Origin: Myxococcota bacterium
GTDB taxonomy: Bacteria; Myxococcota_A; UBA796; UBA2385
DNA: 64,000 nt
NCBI GenBank assembly: GCA_044344255.1
Contig: JBIJDH010000013.1
Location: 64,001 to 128,000, forward strand
Direction of reading: 5' to 3'
Position 1 is the first letter of the stretch. Every line of letters begins with the position of its first letter. This document shows, in pieces, positions 27,139 to 37,880 of the stretch. The translations under genes were made by a program, and so were the position numbers. Below the pieces are notes generated by a model. It searched no databases and was not told the origin of the DNA. It was given only the letters and a program-made list of their open reading frames with translations.

Positions 27139-30100
27139 CTACTCGGGCGCGCGCACCTGATTATCCACCAGGAGGTCGACCGTGCAGGCCTCGCTCGGAT
27201 TCCAAGCGGCGTCCTCCGCGGTGATCACGGCGCTGTACAGCCCATTCTCAACGACCAGCCCCGAGAGGGCCACGCCCGCCCAGGTGAGGCTGTCGGTGAG
27301 GCCCGTGGCGGGGAGGCGATCGGCGAAGGTGAGGCTGCCCTCCTCATCGAAGACCTGCAAGTGCCACCAGACCGGCAGCGCGTCGGCCTCGACCGCGAGC
27401 ACCACGGCGTCGGCCTCCTCCGGCAGGGCGCCGGCGTCGCCGTCGGGCCGGAAGACGCTGGTGTCGGGGCTGCACTCGACGAGGCTCGGCGCGGTCGCCA
27501 CGACGCCCCCGAAGGCGACGAAGAAGGGGCTGGCCACGCCGCTGTAGTTGCCGTCGATCCGGTTGCCGGCGGAGTCCTTGACCGCCGAGGCCAGCGCCAC
27601 GGACCAGATCCCGTCGAGGCCCGAGCCGGCCTCATCGAGCGTGAGCGTCACTTCACGCATGTCGGAGGACCAATCCACCGCCGTCACCGTGGCCGCCGAG
27701 CCGTCGGGGCGGGTCACGGCGACCAGGGTGCTGCCGAGCGAGATCGATCGCATGGCCTCGGAGAACTGGACCCCCACCTGTGTGAAGCTCTCGTCCGTGC
27801 TTCCGGTGGGGCTCACGGCGAGCACGTAGGGGAGGGCCCCGTCGCTGCTGACGGTGGCGGTGGCGCTGCCCCAGGCCGCCCCCGTGAACACGCCCGCCTG
27901 GACGGAGGCCGTGCCTGTGAAGATCTCGGAGAGCATCGACCAGCCCACTTCGGCCTCTCCGTTCCCGTCCAACACCACCTCGAGGCCCTGCCCGCTGGAG
28001 CTGAGCGTACTGCCGGCGCTCTGGAGCTCCCCGAGGTCGGGCCGGAGGTACAGGGTGCCCGCCACGGCGGGGTCACCCGTACAGTCGGTGGCGGAGACGG
28101 AGACGGTGGTGGTGCCGTCGGTGGCCGACCCGTTGATGAGGGCGACATCGGCTAACGCCAGCGCGATCGGCCCCGCAGGCTCCCCGTCATCATCCGCCAC
28201 CCAGACGGTGAGCGAGACCCGATCGGCGCAGGCCACGCTGTCCACCACCAGGGCATCCACGAAGTAGGCACCCTCCTCTGTCCACGAAGTGCGGAGATCG
28301 GCCTGGCTGCTCTTCCACCACCCACCCACCCCGGTGTCGAAGTGCCAGGCGACGACGGGTCGGTCACCCGCCGCGGAGCCTGCGGTCGATATCTCCACCT
28401 CGCGGGTGGTCCCCGCGCCGCTGCGACAGAGGGTGCGGTCGAGCGAGGTCCCGTCGAGGGTCACGGAGGCGGAGGGACCGGCGATGCAGTCAAAGACCAC
28501 GGCGTCGTAGTCGCCGCTCTCGACGGCGAGGCCGTCTCCGGCCACCCGGAGCTGGTCCATCAACCCGGCCAACACCGGCGTCCAGGTGGCCTCAACCCGG
28601 CCCTCCTGCCAATCCGAGAGGTAGGCAGGCGGGCCGAGCCCATCCACCGACGTGAGCGTCACCGTGGAGATCCAGGTGGGGTCTGGGTTCCCGAAGGTGT
28701 CCACGGCACCGACCCCCACCGCGAGGGGCTGATTGACCTCCACCCAGCTCGAGCCGAGGCTGAGCTCGAGCGCGACCGCCGGGCCGCCCAAGACGTCAAA
28801 CGGGGCCGAGACACCGTAGGTGGTCGTGCCCACGAGATCGAGCAGCCGGAGCCGATCTCCGTACATCGCGTGGATGAAGGTTCGAGAGATCGAGGCCTCA
28901 CCGTCCGCGTCGAGGTTGACCAAGGCCCCGGGGACATTGCCCGCGTCGTCGTAGAGGCTGAGCGCGGCGATCGTCTGGACCGTGTATGGGTTACCGTAAG
29001 CGTCAAAAGTGCTAATATCCACAGACAGAGCGCCCCCCGCCTCCACCTCGGTGACCCCACCGAGATCGAGGCGCGCGGTCGTCAGGGGACCGTTCACGGC
29101 GTCGAAGGGGCCCGAGTGTCCGCTCAGCCTGAGCAAAGGCAGGCCAACCGTAAGCTCCTTCCCCGGCTCAGCGCGGGTGACCACGCAGGAGTACTCGTTG
29201 GACTGTTCGACGTCTTCGACCACCCACAGGCAATCGACCGGCCCACCGTCATCGGAGAAGATCGGCGCCCCCTCGCCCACCCCATCGATCCCGACCGCGT
29301 TGCCGTAGCTGTCCGCGACGCTCACCCGTGCGCCAAAGGGGGCCCCCGCCGCCACCCGGACCTCCGCGACCGAGATCGTCACCCCGACCGGATCGGCGGG
29401 CAGGACGCGCAAGGCGCCGGACTCCCCGATGACACCGTCCTCACCGATGGCGGTGATGACAACCCCATCCCCGGCCGCCCAGAGGACCGCCGAGCACCAG
29501 GCGTCTCCGTCCTCACCGAAGCCTGCGCAGGACTGCTCCCCGCGGCCCGTGGTGGGGTTCAAACCACCGAGGGAGTCCCACAGCGTCACCGGCTGAGAAT
29601 AATCTGGGTTCGGGTTTCCGAAACGGTCTTCGGCCCGCAGGATGAGGAGGATGGGGCTGCCGCCGGCGACGGTCTCTTCGTTCAAGGTCTCCACCGCGAG
29701 GTGGTCGACCTCGCCGGGCTCCACCTCGATGTCGCCGGTGGAGCCGTCGAGCACGATGTCGGAGCCGATGAAGGTCGCGGTGAGCGCGTTCTTTGGACAG
29801 TCCGGGTGGGTGGTGGCGCGGGTGAGGACCACATCTCCGATCGACGCGCTGTCGACGATGGCCACGGTCTCCGTGAACCGCTCCCCCGGGCGGCCGCACA
29901 CCTCGGTCAGGCGGAGCTGACCGGTGACGTCCTGTGTGGTCAGCCCCTCTTCATCCTGGAGCTGGACGGTGACGCCGAAGGGCTCACCCACCGTCGGGAC
30001 GTAGCCGGTGAAGGGGAGCTCCACCGACAGTCGGGAGACCGCCCCGGCCACGAAGCTGAGAGACTCCCGCTCCCCCTCGACCAGGGAACCTTCGATGGCG

Positions 30101-30858
30101 GTGTCCACCTCGAGGATCAGCTCGCCAGGCTCTTCAGCGGTGATCCCGACCTGCCCTTGACCGGTCGGGCTGAGGCGACCCTGGAGGCCGCCAGCGTCAT
30201 CGATCTCCTCCCAGTCGGAGAGGGTGGTCGAAGAGAAGGTGAACTCGGGCGCCTCCGTGGGGTTGTGGACGCTGACCTTCACCGGGAGGTCAAGGGCGAC
30301 CGCCTGACCGTCCCGATCGAGGAGCTGGAAGTTGATCAACACCGGCGAGTGCAGCGGGTGGCTACCCGGGGCGGAGGAGACACGAAAGTGGTCGGCCGGA
30401 GTGTCCGTGACCTCGAAGGCCGCCTCGAGAGAATCAGAGGCCCCGCCTGGGCCGATCACGCTCAGCGTGTAGTCTCCTGTGGACAATCCCATCGGCACGC
30501 GAGCGACCAGCTCGTCGTAGGAGAGCATCGCCACCGCGGTGAGCGAGGCGGTCTCCGGCCCGCTGAGCTGCAGCTCAAACTGTCGATCGAGGCCCACCTC
30601 GTCCTTCCCCTTCGCCTCAACCCGGGGCAGGAAGTTCCGGCCCAGCACTCGGATGTCGGTGGTGACCCCGTTGTAGCCCCACGCGGGCACCACCTCTGCG
30701 AGCTCGGGCGCGGGCTGATCGGGCGCACAGCCGAGGGTGAGCGCCGCCACAGCGACCAAAACGATGCGCTTCCCCAAATTTTTGGCACTAAACGCCGCAC
30801 AACGCTCGACATGGAGCGTGTCGTCCGAGCGGGGCAGGGCGGAGCGCATCCTCACCAT
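27139..30858 (-). CDS. Large Ig-like repeat lipoprotein (IPT-like N-domain, Big/FlgD-like C-domains)
   Basis: Lipobox LTLGC (true start may be TTG 30777). Recurrent D(R/S/A/T)(F/Y)GN Ig repeats, VQFSEAM...VKDSAGN, and C-terminal FRPDGD...W.G...NGLY. Confidence 0.75.
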   Translation of the reverse strand: MVRMRSALPRSDDTLHVERCAAFSAKNLGKRIVLVAVAALTLGCAPDQPAPELAEVVPAWGYNGVTTDIRVLGRNFLPRVEAKGKDEVGLDRQFELQLSGPETASLTAVAMLSYDELVARVPMGLSTGDYTLSVIGPGGASDSLEAAFEVTDTPADHFRVSSAPGSHPLHSPVLINFQLLDRDGQAVALDLPVKVSVHNPTEAPEFTFSSTTLSDWEEIDDAGGLQGRLSPTGQGQVGITAEEPGELILEVDTAIEGSLVEGERESLSFVAGAVSRLSVELPFTGYVPTVGEPFGVTVQLQDEEGLTTQDVTGQLRLTEVCGRPGERFTETVAIVDSASIGDVVLTRATTHPDCPKNALTATFIGSDIVLDGSTGDIEVEPGEVDHLAVETLNEETVAGGSPILLILRAEDRFGNPNPDYSQPVTLWDSLGGLNPTTGRGEQSCAGFGEDGDAWCSAVLWAAGDGVVITAIGEDGVIGESGALRVLPADPVGVTISVAEVRVAAGAPFGARVSVADSYGNAVGIDGVGEGAPIFSDDGGPVDCLWVVEDVEQSNEYSCVVTRAEPGKELTVGLPLLRLSGHSGPFDAVNGPLTTARLDLGGVTEVEAGGALSVDISTFDAYGNPYTVQTIAALSLYDDAGNVPGALVNLDADGEASISRTFIHAMYGDRLRLLDLVGTTTYGVSAPFDVLGGPAVALELSLGSSWVEVNQPLAVGVGAVDTFGNPDPTWISTVTLTSVDGLGPPAYLSDWQEGRVEATWTPVLAGLMDQLRVAGDGLAVESGDYDAVVFDCIAGPSASVTLDGTSLDRTLCRSGAGTTREVEISTAGSAAGDRPVVAWHFDTGVGGWWKSSQADLRTSWTEEGAYFVDALVVDSVACADRVSLTVWVADDDGEPAGPIALALADVALINGSATDGTTTVSVSATDCTGDPAVAGTLYLRPDLGELQSAGSTLSSSGQGLEVVLDGNGEAEVGWSMLSEIFTGTASVQAGVFTGAAWGSATATVSSDGALPYVLAVSPTGSTDESFTQVGVQFSEAMRSISLGSTLVAVTRPDGSAATVTAVDWSSDMREVTLTLDEAGSGLDGIWSVALASAVKDSAGNRIDGNYSGVASPFFVAFGGVVATAPSLVECSPDTSVFRPDGDAGALPEEADAVVLAVEADALPVWWHLQVFDEEGSLTFADRLPATGLTDSLTWAGVALSGLVVENGLYSAVITAEDAAWNPSEACTVDLLVDNQVRAPE

Positions 30859-30954
30859 GTGAGCTTAGTGCAGTTCGGGCCGGCATGCCGACGCGCGGCC
30901 CACCGATCTTCCCGGGCGCGGGACACACCCCCTGCTCGTCAGACCGCCTGCTCG

Positions 30955-33573
30955 TCAGTATAGGAGCCGGTAGCCCAGGGTGGGCGCGAAGCCGCCGACG
31001 CGGCCGCTCCAGCCGCTTCCTTCACCGGAGATGGACAGTCCGAGGAAGGTCAGCTCCAGATCGATCTCGCTGCGCCGGACCCGCCATCCGACGCCGGCCG
31101 AGGCGCTCCAACCCGGCCCGGAGAGCCCGGGGCCGCGGGAGGAGTCTTGACTGCCGATGGTCACCTCGGAGCGGTAGGGCACGAGGACGGGGCCGCCCCC
31201 AAACCAGGTCGTGAGGCGGGCCCAAGGCTGCCGCGAGTACACGCCGACGCCGAGCGGGACGACGTCGATCGAGGCGCGCACGGCGTCTCCGGAGAGCTCG
31301 TCCTCGTCGAAGGCCACCCGACGAAACCAGGAGCCCCAGATCCGACCGTACCAGCGGCCGGGGATCCGGGGGAGGAGGAGGTCACCCGAGACACCGAAGA
31401 TGGCCGTACTCCCACCACCGCCGAAGATCGCGCCGCTCGAGAGGCCGGGCGCCCACTGCACCGTCGGGGGGAGGACCTCGATCTCGGTCGAAGTGTCGGC
31501 GAAGCGCGCCTCGGCCGACGAGACGGTGAGGCGGACGGTGCCCGAGATCATCCGTCCAGATGGAGTGAAGGTCGCCTCGTAGGTGCCCGCGCCCAGCTCT
31601 CTCGGCGAGGAGAGGGTGCCGTCGGTGGCCTGCAGCGAGAGCCCTTCGGCGGAGACGGGGTGGCCGGTGGCGTCGATGAGCCGTACGATCACACGGGCGC
31701 TCGCCCCGCCCCCCCCCACAACGGCGCGCGGCTCCGTGCTCAAAAATACAGATCGAACACGACCAGTTCTGATGGTGATCGGGAGCGCCGTGGACAGATC
31801 TGGGTCCTCCGGGCGAGCTCCGAGCTGAAGGCCAGGGAGGAGGCCCAGCTGGGCCTCTTCGTCGTCCACCCGAGCGACCCCGATCACCGGAGCGCGCTCC
31901 GTCCCCTGCGGGGCGACCGCTGGCAGGCGGGTCGACGGGATGGTGAAGGTGGCCCAGCCGCGAGTGTCGGTGGAGGCGACCGTGGCCGCGTCCTCAGCCT
32001 CGCCGCGAAGCAGGAGCCGGACCGGCACCCCCGCGAGGGGCAGGCCGCGGGCGTCGAGCACCCGCGCGGCGAAGACGGGCCCCTCACCGCTTGTCCAATG
32101 GCCGCTCAATCGAACACGGTCCGGCTCCCCGCTCCCGGCCGGCCGGTCCCAGGTCGCTCGGAGCCGGTCGGCGCCCTGGTGGATCGCCTCATCGCCCGCG
32201 TAGGCCCCCTGAACAGACCCGTCGAGGGAGCCACGCTCCGGCGAATAGCCGATCTTGCCGAGATCGGCGGCGAGCCGGAGCCCGCTGGCCGGGAGGCGAT
32301 CTCCGGCTCCGTTCTCGAGGTGAGCCTCGACCTGCGCGAGGGGGGCGTCCGCCGAGAGCTCCGTCGGGAAGGCGCGGAGGACGATGCGCGCGGGCACATC
32401 CCGCGAGACCGGGATCCGTACGGAGCTGTGTGCGTCTGACCCCAGGGAGCAGTCCACCCGGATGTCGAAGATGGCGTCCTGCGCCGGCGCCCCGAAGCTC
32501 ACCCGCCACTGCCCCACCCCATCCGGGCGCACGACGCCCTCCTCCCCGAGCGAGGTGCGGCAAGCGGGCGCCGACTCCCGCCACGGGCGACCATCGGGGC
32601 GGGTCGCGCTCACGAACACGGTGGGGCGCTCTCCCACCCCCGGCCCGGCCTCGGACCCGACCGTCGCGAGCACGGGGTGCGCGTCGCCGCCGAGGGAGAG
32701 GCTGCTGTGCTGCGTGTTGCCGCTCCCGTCGGTGACGAAGACCTCGGCGAGCACCTCGCCGGGGCGGACCTCCATATTGAGCGTGGCCACCCCGTCCGGC
32801 CCCGCCACCACCGGCCCATAGCTGCGGCTGCCGATCTTCAGCGTCACCTCCGCTCCGGGGAGCGTCGAGACCGGCACGCGCGGGCGGCCCCGCAGGGACA
32901 GCGCCACCCAGGCTGGCGTGTCTCGCGGGTGGCGGCGGTCTCGGAGCGCCAGGAGCGCCACGCGCGGGAAGGGATCGCCGCTGGGGACCCAGCTCAAGAG
33001 GGCGCCCGCCTCACCGTTCGGCCCAACCGTCTCCTGAACAGACTGGAGGGCACCCTCCGATGGCTCAATTTGGAGATCCTCCGGGCGCACGCCCCCGGGA
33101 GACAGCACGCGAAGCAGCCACGGCCGCCCCTGCCCGATCGGCACCTCCTCCACGACGTCCACGGTGAGCGGCGACCTTCGAGGCGGCGCGACCTCGAAGG
33201 TCTCGCTGCGGCGCCGATCGGACACGGCGACCTCGACCTGGAGCAGGCCGGGCTCGGAGGGCGCGCGGAGCTGAACGGACCACAGTCCAGGGGTCAGCTC
33301 AACCGGACCGCTCACCAGCTCGCCGGCGCCAAAACGCAGCACAGGGGGCACACCGCCGACCAGCCGGTCCAACTCGTGCACCATCACCTGGACGGTGGTG
33401 TCCTCTCCCGACCGCGGCGGCCCGCTGATCCAGACCAGGGTGGCCTCCGCGGCCCATCCCCGCGCGCTGAGGCCGACCATCCAGAGCGCGGCGAGCGCCA
33501 GGAGCCGCCCGAGCCGCGCCAAGCGAAGACGGTCGAGCCCGACCCTCCCGCTCAGGGGGCGCGGCCGCCCCAC
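30955..33573 (-). CDS. Exported Ig/invasin-like domain protein with probable C-terminal outer-membrane barrel
   Basis: Signal peptide, DARGLPLAGVPV...TDTRGWATF Ig motifs, C-terminal beta-strands ending LGYRLLY. Confidence 0.65.
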   Translation of the reverse strand: MGRPRPLSGRVGLDRLRLARLGRLLALAALWMVGLSARGWAAEATLVWISGPPRSGEDTTVQVMVHELDRLVGGVPPVLRFGAGELVSGPVELTPGLWSVQLRAPSEPGLLQVEVAVSDRRRSETFEVAPPRRSPLTVDVVEEVPIGQGRPWLLRVLSPGGVRPEDLQIEPSEGALQSVQETVGPNGEAGALLSWVPSGDPFPRVALLALRDRRHPRDTPAWVALSLRGRPRVPVSTLPGAEVTLKIGSRSYGPVVAGPDGVATLNMEVRPGEVLAEVFVTDGSGNTQHSSLSLGGDAHPVLATVGSEAGPGVGERPTVFVSATRPDGRPWRESAPACRTSLGEEGVVRPDGVGQWRVSFGAPAQDAIFDIRVDCSLGSDAHSSVRIPVSRDVPARIVLRAFPTELSADAPLAQVEAHLENGAGDRLPASGLRLAADLGKIGYSPERGSLDGSVQGAYAGDEAIHQGADRLRATWDRPAGSGEPDRVRLSGHWTSGEGPVFAARVLDARGLPLAGVPVRLLLRGEAEDAATVASTDTRGWATFTIPSTRLPAVAPQGTERAPVIGVARVDDEEAQLGLLPGLQLGARPEDPDLSTALPITIRTGRVRSVFLSTEPRAVVGGGGASARVIVRLIDATGHPVSAEGLSLQATDGTLSSPRELGAGTYEATFTPSGRMISGTVRLTVSSAEARFADTSTEIEVLPPTVQWAPGLSSGAIFGGGGSTAIFGVSGDLLLPRIPGRWYGRIWGSWFRRVAFDEDELSGDAVRASIDVVPLGVGVYSRQPWARLTTWFGGGPVLVPYRSEVTIGSQDSSRGPGLSGPGWSASAGVGWRVRRSEIDLELTFLGLSISGEGSGWSGRVGGFAPTLGYRLLY

Positions 33574-34478
33574 ACGACCTCCGTGCTGACCGGCGGCAGG
33601 GGTAGCGGAGGGGGTGTCGAGGGTGGCGGTGGTGTCACCGGGGCTGGGCGCGTGGCCTGCGCCTCCCGCCCGAGGGGATCTCGAGCCTCCACCACGAGGG
33701 CCCCCTGCGCGGCGGCCTCGGGCAGCGTCACGACGAAGCGCCCCTCCGCGTCGGCGCGGGCCTCGACCTCCGCCCCTCCGCCACCGTGGACCACCAGCCG
33801 TGCGAAGGGCTCGGTGCGACCAGACATCGGCCTCGAAGGCCCACCCCCGGGCGCCCCCGCCAGCCCCTCCCCGGACGAGGAGGGCCAGGCGACATCCAGG
33901 AGCAGCCGCTCTGAGACGGCGCTCAACGCGGGCTTCTCGCCCGGCACGGAGACCGCGCGTTGGCCCGGCTGAATGCCCGTGAGCTCGCCCATCCCCTGGA
34001 GCTCCACCGCGCCGCGGGAGGCCGACACCGCGAAGGTGCCATCGGATTGGACGGCGGCGTCGAGGTCTCCGTCGGAGGTCAGCGCGGCGCGCCCGCGGCT
34101 GCTGATGCCCACGAGGGGCGCGCCCGGGCGGACGACCGCGTGCACCCGCCCCTCCTCGAGCTCGAGCCGCACGCCGCCATTACGAACCTCGAGAACCCGT
34201 ACCGTCGAGGCCGAGGACAGACGAAGCTCGGTGCGATCTCCGACGCTGAGCACGGCGTGCCCGTCGGCGCCGACCTTGAGGCGGTCACGATCTTCGAGCA
34301 CATCGCCGACGTTGGCGGTGCGAGGCATGCCGTCCCCGTCGTCCCGCTGGACCTGTCCAGAGGCCTCTCGCACCACGAGGCGGGGCGCGCCGTCGACCCC
34401 GAAGATGACACGGTAGCCCGCATAGCCGGAGATCAGCACCAACAGGGAGGCGAGGAGGACGAAGGTGGCCTGCCGCAA
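33552..34478 (-). CDS. FecR-domain membrane protein
   Basis: N-terminal TM, VGDVLEDRDRLKVGADGHAVL, LELEEGRV, GAVEL...IQPGQ, and a C-terminal Ig-like segment. Confidence 0.75.
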   Translation of the reverse strand: MRQATFVLLASLLVLISGYAGYRVIFGVDGAPRLVVREASGQVQRDDGDGMPRTANVGDVLEDRDRLKVGADGHAVLSVGDRTELRLSSASTVRVLEVRNGGVRLELEEGRVHAVVRPGAPLVGISSRGRAALTSDGDLDAAVQSDGTFAVSASRGAVELQGMGELTGIQPGQRAVSVPGEKPALSAVSERLLLDVAWPSSSGEGLAGAPGGGPSRPMSGRTEPFARLVVHGGGGAEVEARADAEGRFVVTLPEAAAQGALVVEARDPLGREAQATRPAPVTPPPPSTPPPLPLPPVSTEVVWGGRAP

Positions 34479-36371
34479 TCAGGCCTCCGGGAGACGGACC
34501 CGCCAGACGGCGGAGTGGACGATCTGACCGGCCTTGAGCTCGGGCTCGACGAGGCTGCCCCCCGCGTCGGCGAAGACCCGACTGGCGGCCCAGAAGCCGA
34601 GCCCCGCCGCCTTCCAGTCATCGCCGCCGATCTCGATGGGCTGCCCACTCACTCGCAGGATCACCGCCACGCAGGCGTCATCCCGCTCCGCGCGGATGTC
34701 GATCTGGGCGCCCTCGCCCACCGCCCCGCGGAGGCTGGTCAAGAGCTGCGCGAAGGCACGACCGAGCTCGGCCCGATCGCCGCGCGTGGCCAGTCCGCTC
34801 TCGCCTTCTACGTTCACCACGATCCCTCGCTGACGGAGCGCAGCTCCCATGAGGGAGCGCAAGTCGGCCAGCAGAAGGTCAAGGTCTACCACGTCGGGCT
34901 CGACCGGGTCCACCGAACTCGAGCTCATCTCTCGGGAGAAGCCGAGCAGATGTGACACAATCTGCTTACAACGCAGCGCTTGCTCCTCGATCGACCGCAG
35001 CAAGGCGGCGGCCGAACCCTCCCCAGCCCGCGCGATGAGCACCTGGGTGAGCCCGAGGATGCCGGCCACCGGGTTATTGAGCTCGTGCGCCAGGCCAGCC
35101 CCCATCTCGCCCACCGCCGCCAGCCGTGCGGACTGCACGAGCCGCCCCTGCGCCGCTTGGAGCTCCCGGGTGGCTTCATCCACCCTCCGCTGCAAGACCT
35201 GACTGAACGCATGAATTTCGGCGTTCTTTCTCTTGAGCTCGTCCGCGTTCTGCGCGAGGCCGAGGCTCATTCGATTGAAGGCCCGCCCCAGCTCGGCGAC
35301 CTCGCCCTCCCCGTCGTTGGGGACGGTGCGCCCAAGCTCTCCGTCGGCCACCGCGAGCGCCGCCGCGGTCAGCTCCACCATCGGCCGCGCCAGCGAGCGC
35401 GCGAAGAGGACTCCGAGCACCATCGACAGAACGACGGAGACTCCAAGCACGTAGGCGACCCGCGCCCAGATGTCCTGGACAGGGGCGGTGGCGGTCGCGA
35501 CGGGCTCGGCCACAACGACGGTCCAGCCCACCATCGGCACCGGCGAGCAGGCCGCGATGATCTCGACGGCACCACTCCCATCCGGCTCGGGCACCTCGTA
35601 GCGCACCGCCTCCGCGGCCGTCTGGCCGAGGAAGGGCAAGAAGGCCCTCGCGTCGACCCAGCCCTGGTCGCCGCCGAGGACGAGGGCGCCCGCTTCGTCG
35701 AGAACGGCGACCTGGACCCCCTCCTCTGCTTGTGCGAGGAGCCGGTCCTCGACGACGGCGAGCGAGAGCTCCACCCCCAGGACCCGGTCGCTGCCCGGGA
35801 CGGCGAAGGCCACCGGGAGCACCGGCGCCTGTCCCTCAGCGGGGCGATAGGACGGCCCCAGGGAAGGCCCACGGCTGGGCTCGACCCCCGACCTGCCTGA
35901 GGCCACCGAAGAACCGGAGACCGGGCCCAGGCCGGCGATGGGCAGGGCGAGGCGAAACCGCCGGAAGCGCGCCTCATCCACCACCGCCCTGCCGGCCAGG
36001 CCCCGCTCCGACGAGGTCGGCGGCCGGACGAGGTATGCGCTCGGGACGACGTCAATGCCCTGCCGGTTGGTGAGCGAGACGATGCCCGCGCCGCCGGTCT
36101 GTTGGTAGACGAGCCGCGGGAAGCTGGTGAGGCTCTCACCGTCCAGGCCCGCGACGTCAAAGGTCTGGAGCTGGCGTTCGAGCTGCACGAACTGGAGCTC
36201 GACCCAGGTGTCGACCTCGGTGGCGAGGCTCCGGGCCGTCACCGCCTGCATCTCCGAGACCTGTCCGAGCAGGATGTCGCTGGAGATCCGCACCGCGCCG
36301 AAGCCCAACAACACGAGGGGCAAGAGCGAGGCCCCCGCGATGTTGAGCACCAGCCGGGTGCGGAGGCGCAC
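34479..36371 (-). CDS. Membrane HAMP sensor histidine kinase-like protein with degenerate HATPase domain
   Basis: Two TMs around a periplasmic domain, HAMP (EVAELGRAFNRM), H-box LAHELNNPV. N-box Asn and G1 DxGxG are absent. Confidence 0.85.
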   Translation of the reverse strand: MRLRTRLVLNIAGASLLPLVLLGFGAVRISSDILLGQVSEMQAVTARSLATEVDTWVELQFVQLERQLQTFDVAGLDGESLTSFPRLVYQQTGGAGIVSLTNRQGIDVVPSAYLVRPPTSSERGLAGRAVVDEARFRRFRLALPIAGLGPVSGSSVASGRSGVEPSRGPSLGPSYRPAEGQAPVLPVAFAVPGSDRVLGVELSLAVVEDRLLAQAEEGVQVAVLDEAGALVLGGDQGWVDARAFLPFLGQTAAEAVRYEVPEPDGSGAVEIIAACSPVPMVGWTVVVAEPVATATAPVQDIWARVAYVLGVSVVLSMVLGVLFARSLARPMVELTAAALAVADGELGRTVPNDGEGEVAELGRAFNRMSLGLAQNADELKRKNAEIHAFSQVLQRRVDEATRELQAAQGRLVQSARLAAVGEMGAGLAHELNNPVAGILGLTQVLIARAGEGSAAALLRSIEEQALRCKQIVSHLLGFSREMSSSSVDPVEPDVVDLDLLLADLRSLMGAALRQRGIVVNVEGESGLATRGDRAELGRAFAQLLTSLRGAVGEGAQIDIRAERDDACVAVILRVSGQPIEIGGDDWKAAGLGFWAASRVFADAGGSLVEPELKAGQIVHSAVWRVRLPEA

Positions 36372-36374
36372 CGA

Positions 36375-37664
36375 TCAGCCGGGGAGTCGGAGGAGGAAGG
36401 TGGTCCCCTGCCCCACCACGCTCTCCACCTGGATCGTGCCCCGATATTTGGTGACGATTCGGTACACCACGTTGAGGCCGAGCCCGGTGCCCTTCCCCGG
36501 CGCCTTCGTCGTGAAGAAAGGGTCAAAGACGACGCCCAGCCGGTCCGCGGGGATCCCCACGCCGTTGTCCGACACCCGCGCCCAGACCCAGCCTTCGACA
36601 CGGCCGGCGGTGACCCGCACCTCCCCCGCCCCGCTGGCGCCAAAGCGCTCGAGGACCGCCTCCGCGCCGTTCTTGATGAGGTTGACGAAGACCTGCTGGA
36701 TCTCCGTGCTCCTCGCCGCGAGCATCAGCCCGAGGGGGAGCTCCATGACAAAGGAGACCCCACCCACGGCGGCCGAACGCTCGACGAGGCGGAGCGCGTC
36801 GTCGACGACCCGCGCGAGCTCGACCGAGCCGTGGACCTCGGTGGTGGCGGCCCGGGAGTAGCTCGTGAGCTCCACCACGATGTCGCGGATCGTCCGACAG
36901 TAATCGACGATGTCTCGCGCGTGGACCTGCGCCACCTCGATGTCTTCCTCCTCGGCGATGGCCTCGGCGAGTCCCATCACACCAAAGAGGGGGCTCGAGA
37001 CCTCATGCGCGACGCCGGCGGCGAGGGTGCCGATTCCCGCGAGCTTCTCGGACTGGATGAGCTCGGCGCGGAGCTCCGTGGCCTCGGCGAGCGCGACCTC
37101 GAGCTCGGCGTTCTTCCGCTGGAGGTGCTCGAGCAGGCGGTGGTTCTCGATCGCCATCGTCTGCTTCTCGACGGCCCGCCTCACCTTCTTTCGGATGTCG
37201 AACACGTTGTCGAGGGGCTTGAGCACGTAGTCGAAGGCGCCCAGCTCCAGCGCCTTGATGGCGGTCTCCAAGGAACCGTAGCCGGTGATGATGATCACTT
37301 CGGCGAAGCGGTTGCGGGTTCGGGCCGCGCGGAGGAGGTCAAGCCCGCTGATGTCGGGGAGGTTCTTGTCCGAGATCAGCAGGTCACAGCCCTGCTCTTC
37401 AATGATGCGGAGGGCGTCTCGGCCGGTCGCGGCAGTGGTGATCCGGTACGGCTCGTCCTCGAAGACGGCCCGCAAGATCTGAATGATCACCAGCTCATCA
37501 TCCACGATCAGCAGATGCCGGGGAGGCCCTGGGGGGATCTCTCCGCCCGCGCTCCCCAGCGCGTCGACTCCGCCACCCCGGATCGAGGCGCTCTTGGCCT
37601 CAATCAAGGGTTTCTCGACAGATCTCCCTGTGGATGATCCGCGAATGATGTCCTGGGCGGCCAT
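36375..37664 (-). CDS. Hybrid REC-HisKA-HATPase histidine kinase
   Basis: LIVDDE, ISDKNLPDISG, YVLKP; AHEVSSP; QVFVNLIKNG, DNGVG, FDPFFTTK, GTGLGL. Confidence 0.93.
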   Translation of the reverse strand: MAAQDIIRGSSTGRSVEKPLIEAKSASIRGGGVDALGSAGGEIPPGPPRHLLIVDDELVIIQILRAVFEDEPYRITTAATGRDALRIIEEQGCDLLISDKNLPDISGLDLLRAARTRNRFAEVIIITGYGSLETAIKALELGAFDYVLKPLDNVFDIRKKVRRAVEKQTMAIENHRLLEHLQRKNAELEVALAEATELRAELIQSEKLAGIGTLAAGVAHEVSSPLFGVMGLAEAIAEEEDIEVAQVHARDIVDYCRTIRDIVVELTSYSRAATTEVHGSVELARVVDDALRLVERSAAVGGVSFVMELPLGLMLAARSTEIQQVFVNLIKNGAEAVLERFGASGAGEVRVTAGRVEGWVWARVSDNGVGIPADRLGVVFDPFFTTKAPGKGTGLGLNVVYRIVTKYRGTIQVESVVGQGTTFLLRLPG

Positions 37665-37880
37665 GATCGGTCCCGTGCGAGAGGCGAACCCTACCACGAT
37701 TGCGGCGAGCGGCCGGGTGCGACCTGCCGTGGTGAGCGTTCGGGCCCCTCCCCCCTCGGCGGCTTCAAGGTTAGCATGTTCCTTCCGCTCGTCCCCGTCC
37801 ACCCCATCGGCGCCGCCGGCGGCGGCAGGTCCTCGGCAGCGGTCTTGTCTCCCCCGTGGTTTGCCCTGTTGGAGTCGTCG

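Noticed and set aside
30770..30800. TGGCAC as a sigma54 promoter
   Set aside because: No GC at the required GG-N10-GC spacing, and it points away from the local minus-strand genes.
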